The position numbers and the translations under genes were made by a program. From positions 1 to 64,000 of the IMG/VR virus record IMGVR_UViG_3300021378_000010: a stretch of DNA of 64,000 bases. One strand, given 5' to 3'. This DNA comes from a virus. Under the pieces are notes generated by a model. That model ran no database searches and was not told where the DNA came from. It saw only the letters and a program-made list of their open reading frames with translations. Each line of letters opens with the position of its first letter. Position 1 is the stretch's first letter. Positions 57,597 to 64,000 of this stretch are shown piece by piece.

Positions 57597-58682
57597 TCAA
57601 GCAAACATATCAAAAATTGTAGTTTCTTTGGTATTTTTTTGTCTGTCAATTGTTTGCTCAAACATATTCTGCAAAGACTTAATCCAATTTTCTTTTGAGT
57701 GCTTTTGTTTTGTGAGTTCAGATATTGCTATACGTTCATTATAATCCAAAGCCAGTAATTTGTCAACAACTTCTTTAAATGCAGCAGGACGAATATTTGA
57801 ACGAACTTTTGCAAGATGTTCTGGTTTTGCTGGAATACATTCAGAAGCGTGAGTATCTTTCGTATCAGTTGCTAATACTACAGGAACGCCTCGTGCAAGT
57901 GCTTCCAAAGCGGTAATACCCCAAGTTTCTGCAGGACATGTCGAAAAATAAACACGAGAACGAGCAAGCTTTTCCATGACATCTTTATGAGGAAGATTTT
58001 CAATTGTGTCCTGTGGATGTTTCCAGTGTTGATTAATATTGTAGTAATGTTTATTGGTAGCATCAACAAGGTTACTTGTTGTAGTCAGAATCAAACTGTG
58101 ATAGTTGTTTGAATGAGATAACTTGTGGTTCATATAAGGATTTTTGATTCTATTCATTCGTGCAATAGTCGTGATGTCATATTCCAGATCTTTGTATACT
58201 GGTTCATCACCATTACAAAACGCAGCGTTGATAAATCCGCCATTTAAATTAAGAGGGCATTCGTTGATACGCTGCGAAAGCTTATCCATGCCTTGAAATT
58301 GCCATGGGCTTACCATTGCAAGAGTACCACCCGTATCAATAAATTCTTTCATTTTTTCAATATGAAGAACTTTGCTAATTCCACCGGCAGCGGTATGACT
58401 AACCCATAAAATGGGAATGTTAAATACTTTTCGTATATTTCCAATTAGCGTATTACTATCGAAGTTTACCATCAGTACATCAGGATCATGCTGAATGATA
58501 GCTTGAGAAAGTTTTGTAGTTGTTCTACGCTTTTTGCGATCTTCTTCATTATAATAAAATGGAATCACTTCGCCAGGAAAATTCTGATAGATCAGTTGAA
58601 TAAAACGCTCAATGCCACCAGAAACGTGTGGACTGTCAAGATCATGCTCGTCAGTCATAAAAAATGGAATTAGTACTTTCAT
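57597..58682 (-). CDS. GT-B (GT4-like) glycosyltransferase
   Basis: SGGIERF at the N-terminus, AR-x-x-x-x-KN, and ETWGITALEALARGVPVV (E-x7-E motif). Confidence 0.85.
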   Translation of the reverse strand: MKVLIPFFMTDEHDLDSPHVSGGIERFIQLIYQNFPGEVIPFYYNEEDRKKRRTTTKLSQAIIQHDPDVLMVNFDSNTLIGNIRKVFNIPILWVSHTAAGGISKVLHIEKMKEFIDTGGTLAMVSPWQFQGMDKLSQRINECPLNLNGGFINAAFCNGDEPVYKDLEYDITTIARMNRIKNPYMNHKLSHSNNYHSLILTTTSNLVDATNKHYYNINQHWKHPQDTIENLPHKDVMEKLARSRVYFSTCPAETWGITALEALARGVPVVLATDTKDTHASECIPAKPEHLAKVRSNIRPAAFKEVVDKLLALDYNERIAISELTKQKHSKENWIKSLQNMFEQTIDRQKNTKETTIFDMFA

Positions 58683-59326
58683 ATTTTTACCTCATAATGT
58701 AACCGCCAATCTTCATATTCCTCGTCAAGAGTAACCCATTGGCATTTTGTATTTGTATGATTTGCTTCTTTGTTCCAAACTATCCAGCAATAAGCAATCA
58801 TGCCACCAATTTGGTCATTCTTATTTATGGGTTCTATATGATCGGCACTAAATTTTACTCTGTCTGACATGAATATTATATCACTTGGAGGGTTATTTGT
58901 AAACAATTTTTTTCTCTTTTTTCCTTCGAGAAAAGTAATACGAACAAACATTGCAACAAAATCATATTCATTGACAGCTTTTTCTGCTATTTTTCGAGGA
59001 AGATCTTGATGATATGGCGGATTTGTTACCAGGCCTTTTGCGTCAGAAGGTTTCTGAAGACTCATAAAGTCTGTATCAACAGTTATTGCGCATAGGCTAT
59101 TATCATACTCGTGAAGATCATAAGAACGAACATCATAACCGTGACGAAGCAGCTCAATAGATATGTTACCACGTCCAGCACAAGGCTCAACGATAACATG
59201 AGGTAGATTGACATATTTTTGTAAAACATAAGTTGCGAGTGGTGGTGTTGGATAAAAATCATTTTTTCTGCGGTTTGTATCTGTTTTTTTTACACCAACG
59301 TAAATATCTTTGAGATTATTGGCCAT
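58679..59326 (-). CDS. Amino (N6-A/N4-C) DNA methyltransferase-like protein
   Basis: DFYPTP, EPCAGRG, D-x-DF and TNPPY. Probable start ATG 59326. Confidence 0.75.
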   Translation of the reverse strand: MANNLKDIYVGVKKTDTNRRKNDFYPTPPLATYVLQKYVNLPHVIVEPCAGRGNISIELLRHGYDVRSYDLHEYDNSLCAITVDTDFMSLQKPSDAKGLVTNPPYHQDLPRKIAEKAVNEYDFVAMFVRITFLEGKKRKKLFTNNPPSDIIFMSDRVKFSADHIEPINKNDQIGGMIAYCWIVWNKEANHTNTKCQWVTLDEEYEDWRLHYEVKI

Positions 59327-60152
59327 ATCTAATATTTTGTTCCTTTTCACGATCGTCTAGTTTATACTCAGATCTATAACGAGAGTTAACGCTAATAACT
59401 TCTTCAAGTACAGAAAGATATACACCATTGAGTTTTGAAAAGGCAGAAATCGCGGCAGTATCCTTTGGAAAACAGCTTCCTCCAAAACCTCTTTTTCCGT
59501 CGGGTCCTGGAACCTTTGTGTGAGAATGTCCAATACGATCATCTTCTCCTATGGATCTAGAAACAACATTATATCGAGCATCGAGTGATTCTGTAAGTTC
59601 TTTCCATTGATTAAACCAAACAACTTTCATTGCAAGAAATGAATTGATCCCATATTTTACAAGACTTGCCTCAACTGGTGTCATGTAATGAAATGGTGCA
59701 GGATTGCAGTTTGAATTATACGTGTAAAGATCTTTTACCTTTTCTATGCGATGGATGTCTCCGCCAAGTACATGAAAATCTGGTTTCAAAAAATCTTCTA
59801 ACGCGTTTCTTTCTGTGAGAAATTCTGGGTTGTATACAAAATGATTATTATAACAAATTTCTTCTATTACGTCTGGTGTAATAGTCGACTTTACGATGAT
59901 TGTTGCATCTATATCACTCAGTTGATCCACAACAGTAGTTATGATATTTTTGTTTATCGAACCATCGTCATTCATCGGTGTTGGCACGCAAACAAATACA
60001 AACTCTGGATTAAAAGAAATCATTTCATCTATATCATGATGGCCCTTATAAGGATCTACAATCATAATGTCGTTGGTTTTGTTACGAAACCCAAATTCTA
60101 CAGCGTTTCCAACAAAGCCATAGCCTATAATTGCTATTTTTGTTTTATTCAT
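59316..60152 (-). CDS. UDP-glucose/GDP-mannose dehydrogenase family protein (short, lacks C-terminal domain)
   Basis: IIGYGFVG, FVCVPTP, KSTI-x-P, NPEFL-x-E, K-x-x-x-N-x-FLA-x-KV, D-x-RIG and GFGGSCFPKD. Confidence 0.88.
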   Translation of the reverse strand: MNKTKIAIIGYGFVGNAVEFGFRNKTNDIMIVDPYKGHHDIDEMISFNPEFVFVCVPTPMNDDGSINKNIITTVVDQLSDIDATIIVKSTITPDVIEEICYNNHFVYNPEFLTERNALEDFLKPDFHVLGGDIHRIEKVKDLYTYNSNCNPAPFHYMTPVEASLVKYGINSFLAMKVVWFNQWKELTESLDARYNVVSRSIGEDDRIGHSHTKVPGPDGKRGFGGSCFPKDTAAISAFSKLNGVYLSVLEEVISVNSRYRSEYKLDDREKEQNIRYGQ

Positions 60153-60621
60153 TTTCAAAGGCCCAGTGACGTTCGTTCATGTAAGTAAGCAATACGCCAG
60201 TTTCCTGATACATCGGCTTTGAAAGGTCGTTCCACTGAGTCTGCCACTTCTCAGGAGCATGCTCAGGATGCGTGATCACGACTCGTTTGATACCGGATTG
60301 GACAACATTCTTTGTACACTCAGCACAGACCGGTAGACCCCAAACATAAATCGTCGCATCCTTGACTGATACACCACTGTAGAGCGCATTCATCAATGCG
60401 TTCATCTCACCATGAACGATCAATGGATATTTCTGTTCACGATCGTTAAGACGCTCATCTGTATCTTCAATACCGCGAGGAAACCCGTTGTAGCCAGTCG
60501 CGAGGATGCGACGCTCATCATTTACAATCACTGCTCCGATGCGCGTGCTCGGATCCTTACTCCAGGTCGAGATCTCACGAGCAAGTTTCATAAAGCGGTT
60601 GTCCCACTTGGAGTTAATCAT
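60145..60621 (-). CDS. dCMP deaminase
   Basis: SKDPST-x-IGAVIV, GYNGFPRG, HGE-x-NA and PVCAEC zinc motifs. Confidence 0.92.
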   Translation of the reverse strand: MINSKWDNRFMKLAREISTWSKDPSTRIGAVIVNDERRILATGYNGFPRGIEDTDERLNDREQKYPLIVHGEMNALMNALYSGVSVKDATIYVWGLPVCAECTKNVVQSGIKRVVITHPEHAPEKWQTQWNDLSKPMYQETGVLLTYMNERHWAFENE

Positions 60622-61276
60622 TCATAAGCTCCTCAATGAACTTGAAGTGGCGCTCGTAGACGTGCAAGTTAGTCGCAGTCCAAATTAGATCACCAACCGC
60701 AACATTGAGATCTGCGGCAAGCATCTTTTGAACATGCATCGCCCAATGTACGTCGTTGTCATATCCAAACACAGCATCGTTGGATCGCATTAGGTAGTGA
60801 CTAATGAGCTTACCATCGCGTATCATAAAGGTGTTTGCGTATGTGCAGACGAAGTCAGACATACCATCTGCGCAGTAGTCGGTATGCATAGACGGGCGAT
60901 TGTAGATCATAACGGCACGACGACTGTTCGGGTTCTTCTGCAGCTCAGTCTTTACGTTTTCGTACTGACTGCCGTTTTCTTCTGACCAGATCAGATAGCC
61001 GTAGTTAGAATTGATCATGCCGTTAGAGTCAGATACTTGTTTCCAGATGGCAGGCGTATCACCAGGAATGTCTTCAACGTAACGAGACTGCGACTCATAC
61101 CACTGGAGTTCGCGTTCGATATATTCATAGTTTGGTTTGCGGATGATCCAATCCTCATCAGCAATAAACGACTCACCGATAAGCTCGATGGTCTTAACTC
61201 CGGTCTTATCAGTCACGAAATCCTGTTCTTTGTATTTTTGAATGAGCTTAGCTCGAATATCACTTACTGTTTGCAT
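60614..61276 (-). CDS. dCMP hydroxymethylase (T4 gp42-like, thymidylate synthase fold)
   Basis: Colinear with T4 gp42 as recalled: DKTGVKTIE, RELQWY, DIPG-x-TP-x-IW, INSNYG, SRR-x-x-MIY-x-RPSM, DGMSDF-x-CT, MRSND-x-VFG-x-x-ND and LHVY-x-RHF. The cytosine-specifying Asp (ND) is retained. Confidence 0.9.
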   Translation of the reverse strand: MQTVSDIRAKLIQKYKEQDFVTDKTGVKTIELIGESFIADEDWIIRKPNYEYIERELQWYESQSRYVEDIPGDTPAIWKQVSDSNGMINSNYGYLIWSEENGSQYENVKTELQKNPNSRRAVMIYNRPSMHTDYCADGMSDFVCTYANTFMIRDGKLISHYLMRSNDAVFGYDNDVHWAMHVQKMLAADLNVAVGDLIWTATNLHVYERHFKFIEELMND

Positions 61277-61284
61277 AAATGCTC

Positions 61285-61800
61285 CTATGAATAATTTGAT
61301 ATATTAAGTGATTTGATCTTATTATATAACACGCGATCGTCAATGTCAACAAGAAGTTTGAAGTCTTTCATGAGAAATCCAGCAATAATTCTGCCGTCAT
61401 TAGAATTTCTAATGTTGGAAAACCTGCGCTTACCAAGTGGAGGAGCCTCCCACAACTTAATCGTGGTCTCGTTTTTCATATCAGACGGATTTTGTACAAT
61501 AATCCATCGTTCGGCGTTTAGACACTTATCTAATTGGTTTTGCGCTACTCTACCATCTCGAGTTGTGATAGGAACAGTGAATGCTGGTTCTACATTGCCC
61601 TTTGTAGCATGCGACTTAAAATAATGCCGAATAGTCATGAACTTGACTTCGGTGGTTTTACCATCCACGAGCATATCCATAGACGCATCAAATGGATCTG
61701 TAGCCATTTCTACCACAGACCCAGTTTTTTCAAAATAGTTTTTTACCACATCTTCAGCAAGGTTACCGAGTGATTGAATTTTTTCTTTAATGTCAAACAT
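61285..61800 (-). CDS. PD-(D/E)XK nuclease-like protein
   Basis: LG-x-x-AE-x-x-V...DMLVDGKTTEVK pattern (E...D...E-x-K). Confidence 0.5.
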   Translation of the reverse strand: MFDIKEKIQSLGNLAEDVVKNYFEKTGSVVEMATDPFDASMDMLVDGKTTEVKFMTIRHYFKSHATKGNVEPAFTVPITTRDGRVAQNQLDKCLNAERWIIVQNPSDMKNETTIKLWEAPPLGKRRFSNIRNSNDGRIIAGFLMKDFKLLVDIDDRVLYNKIKSLNISNYS

Positions 61801-62231
61801 CAGGCTTCATCCGGAAGATATGAATTCAAAGTGTAAACCGTAACAGTGTCTTGATCTGACACAATAATGTCATCATCATCTGCAACTGTTGGCCTCTGAA
61901 TTTCTCGGTTAAAGATGTTATGATCGACTAACTGACCAGGAATTTCACCACGGCAGTATGCAACAAAGAAAGATGCATAGTTGATAAGATCTTTTGCACT
62001 ATCTTCAAGACTTTCAAAGTTTGGATCGTATCCATCACTCTGCATAGCTTCCATGACAGATTTCATACGAAGCATTTTTGCATGCATGATGTCATGAATT
62101 GTGATCACACCATTAGGGTAATAGTCTGCTTGTTTGACAGTCGAGTTTGGATTTTGATAGTCACGGCTTTTTCGTAGTTGCAAGTCCATGCATTCTTGTA
62201 GGACTTTGGCTGATTCTGGTTGATTGGTCAT
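61800..62231 (-). CDS. Nucleotide-modification-associated all-alpha domain (Nmad/DUF1599-like, NTP-PPase fold)
   Basis: K-x-x-DY...K-x-x-R...ES-x-x-DS-x-x-DLINY. Start at ATG 62231. Confidence 0.7.
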   Translation of the reverse strand: MTNQPESAKVLQECMDLQLRKSRDYQNPNSTVKQADYYPNGVITIHDIMHAKMLRMKSVMEAMQSDGYDPNFESLEDSAKDLINYASFFVAYCRGEIPGQLVDHNIFNREIQRPTVADDDDIIVSDQDTVTVYTLNSYLPDEA

Positions 62232-62232
62232 A

Positions 62233-62793
62233 TTATACCTCTTCAAGTTTTTCTAAAAATTCTCGTGCGTTTGTTTCGATAGCGTACTTCTTATACTCAG
62301 AAATTATATACAACAATTCTTCAGATGTCAACCTTTTTCCTTCATCAAGAAGAAGGTGAACTCTGCCATTCGAGCCTGCAGAAGCCTCAAGCCATTCAAA
62401 AGTATATCCAAATCGTTCTTTAGACTCAGTGTGAATTTTTGTTTCAAGATTTGAAACATTTTCTTCTGCGCAATACGCGTATCGGATGTAAACTTGAGAA
62501 CGATCAATACCGTTTTGTCGAATGTAACGACTTACGCCGTGCCCACCAGATGGAATGCGAATGGAATAAGTACGGTTCAAAATACTTTTTTCAGACTTTC
62601 CAGTATATCCAATTTTTTGATGAACTAAATTATCACCGATGTCTTCAATGTCGTCAGCAAAAGCAACTTGGTATATACCATGTAAGCCATATTGCTCATT
62701 CATTTCATCATACAAAGGGTTCTTCTCTGTTGGAATCTTCGAGACTTGAAACCAATCTGTTAGGTGAGTTACTTGTATTCCTTTGGTTTTCAT
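62233..62793 (-). CDS. GIY-YIG-like nuclease
   Basis: GIYQV...IGYTGKS...R...E pattern. Confidence 0.5.
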   Translation of the reverse strand: MKTKGIQVTHLTDWFQVSKIPTEKNPLYDEMNEQYGLHGIYQVAFADDIEDIGDNLVHQKIGYTGKSEKSILNRTYSIRIPSGGHGVSRYIRQNGIDRSQVYIRYAYCAEENVSNLETKIHTESKERFGYTFEWLEASAGSNGRVHLLLDEGKRLTSEELLYIISEYKKYAIETNAREFLEKLEEV

Positions 62794-62802
62794 GAAATTT
62801 CC

Positions 62803-63105
62803 TTAACGATTGTAAACATAGACGTCAGCAGTAGTAGCATCAGCAAGGCGAATAGCTTGGTGATTATAGTAAGTACCTGTTCCACCATTTGCACGGCAAC
62901 GATACTTTACAGCAGCAGGGTTGCCTTTACCAAGCCGGCCTTGCAGCTTTACATATTGAGTAGTGCTAAATGCAGAGTTGCCGAGCTTGACGACAGTGCG
63001 AAGACCGTCAACGGAAGCTTGATCTTCGGGGTGAACTTTTCCGTCAATCATACGAATTGTAAAACGATAAGCAGAAGTGCGAGTCATGATGTAGTTCCTT
63101 TTCAT
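62803..63105 (-). CDS. Hypothetical basic protein (probable early gene)
   Basis: 100-aa ORF downstream of a sigma70-like promoter. Confidence 0.6.
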   Translation of the reverse strand: MKRNYIMTRTSAYRFTIRMIDGKVHPEDQASVDGLRTVVKLGNSAFSTTQYVKLQGRLGKGNPAAVKYRCRANGGTGTYYNHQAIRLADATTADVYVYNR

Positions 63106-63118
63106 TTCTTATAATAAG

Positions 63119-63147
63119 ATATTATATTGATTCGGAACAAATGTCAA
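63119..63147 (-). promoter_or_regulatory. Sigma70-like early promoter
   Basis: TTGACA followed by TATAAT at a 15-nt spacer or TAATAT at a 17-nt spacer. Confidence 0.5.
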
Positions 63148-63389
63148 CAGCTATTTTTAGATTTGTTTATGATACTAGCTTGTCTCGCAGCCCATGCAGC
63201 TTCGAAGCCAACTTCATGTACGATAGCTTCGTGGTTGCCCCAAATTCTTTTGAAGTAGCCTTCGTATGTCTTCATGACATCAGCTTCACTCCAGCTTTCA
63301 GGTATCAGTTGACCCTTTACTATCCAATAGTAACGGTTTGCTTCTTTACGTTGAAATCTTGTCATATAGTTCTCAGTTCTTTTTGCCAT
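63144..63389 (-). CDS. Hypothetical protein
   Basis: 81-aa ORF preceded by TATAAATA at 63401-63408. Confidence 0.6.
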   Translation of the reverse strand: MAKRTENYMTRFQRKEANRYYWIVKGQLIPESWSEADVMKTYEGYFKRIWGNHEAIVHEVGFEAAWAARQASIINKSKNSC

Positions 63390-63412
63390 TTTTATAATAG
63401 TATTTATAGACG

Positions 63413-63457
63413 AAAAGAAAAAATGTTACCGCTAACTGGCAATGATAGCGGTAACAT
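63413..63457 (-). terminator. Rho-independent terminator
   Basis: Perfect 12-bp stem ATGTTACCGCTA/TAGCGGTAACAT followed by a U-tract on the minus strand. Confidence 0.8.
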
Positions 63458-63468
63458 GAAATATTTTG

Positions 63469-63939
63469 TTACTTAAAAATTTCTGGAAGTGATCCATGAT
63501 TGCCATCGTGGCTTGGAGCTTTCCAATCTTCTGGTTTGATTAGATCTGGTAGTCCAAATGGGTTGGGACGGCCCGGTTTTACGCCAGGAGTTTTGATTGA
63601 GTTTGCTTTATAAACTTGATCCCAAGCTACTTTGGTATCTACGCCAAATACATCAAGAGTGCCAATAGCGAAAACACATAGATCAATAAGACCATCTACA
63701 ACTTCTTCAGAATCAACTTTGTCTACGTCACCGATAAAAGCAAAATTTCCTTCATCATTAATTGCAAGTTCAAGGTCAGATGCTTGTGCAGTTTCGATCA
63801 ATTCTTCTAAACACATATTCAAACGAAAAGTAAGATACTTTTTCATAAGATCCTTATCGTGTTTGTTTTTTTCAAACCAGTCGTGCACTCCAAACTTATT
63901 GTGCATCATATACATATCATTGATCATATCAGCTGACAT
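63469..63939 (-). CDS. MazG-like all-alpha nucleoside-triphosphate pyrophosphohydrolase (candidate dCTPase)
   Basis: EEL-x-E and EEVVDGLIDL (E-x-x-E...E-x-x-D metal motifs), plus N-x-x-K...DLIKPEDW. Probable start ATG 63939. Confidence 0.75.
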   Translation of the reverse strand: MSADMINDMYMMHNKFGVHDWFEKNKHDKDLMKKYLTFRLNMCLEELIETAQASDLELAINDEGNFAFIGDVDKVDSEEVVDGLIDLCVFAIGTLDVFGVDTKVAWDQVYKANSIKTPGVKPGRPNPFGLPDLIKPEDWKAPSHDGNHGSLPEIFK

Positions 63940-64000
63940 TTTGTAATCCTTCCATTTCGCTTTCAATAGCTATGATCTCATCCTTAATAGAAAGCTTTAG

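Noticed and set aside
60614-61276. Ordinary thymidylate synthase or dUMP hydroxymethylase
   Set aside because: Colinear with T4 gp42 and carries Asp, not Asn, at the pyrimidine-specificity position, favouring dCMP as substrate.
63929-64000. 3' end of an upstream minus-strand ORF (...LKLSIKDEIIAIESEMEGLQNVS*)
   Set aside because: Too short at the window edge to assign.
1-64000. tRNA/rRNA genes, introns, inteins, integrase or transposase
   Set aside because: None recognisable by eye; intergenic spaces are short and core genes appear uninterrupted. A tRNAscan/Infernal run would be needed to exclude small RNAs.

Overview
This 64-kb window is a segment of a large T4-like (Tevenvirinae-related) myophage genome. 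It is AT-rich, mostly minus-strand coded, and carries multiple TATAAATA late promoters. It has four parts. (1) 1-16.2 kb: an accessory tail/adsorption island with nine paralogous Cys/Trp-rich RCC1-type beta-propeller genes in three N-terminal classes (order A-B-x-A-B-C-C-A-B-C). It also holds a SAM methyltransferase, an oxygenase/APS-kinase-like fusion and an Mrp/ApbC Fe-S carrier ATPase. (2) 16.2-45.8 kb: fibre and baseplate/tail morphogenesis genes (collagen-like fibre, gp8-, gp7-, gp6-, gp25-, gp5-, gp53-, gp48-, gp4-, gp2-, gp54-, gp26/gp51-like, and a tape-measure-like gene). gp26/gp51 has a candidate -1 frameshift. (3) 45.9-52.4 kb: Hsp20 with a ROSE-like leader, dUTPase, RegA, clamp loader gp62/gp44, sliding clamp gp45 and a DexA-like exonuclease. 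(4) 52.4-64 kb: the most interesting part, a DNA hypermodification locus built on a gp42-type dCMP hydroxymethylase. It includes a myo-inositol-1-phosphate synthase, a HAD phosphatase, an aGPT-Pplase/amino-acid:DNA-transferase-like protein, a beta-glucosyltransferase-N-domain/SGNH fusion, a C5-methyltransferase-fold protein with a degenerate SAM motif, a GT-B glycosyltransferase and a UDP-sugar dehydrogenase. Four of these proteins end in sliding-clamp-binding-like tails. The best hypothesis is a clamp-tethered pathway that puts inositol and/or acylated sugar on 5-hydroxymethylcytosine. All family assignments come from motif recognition by eye and from remembered reference sequences; no database search was run.
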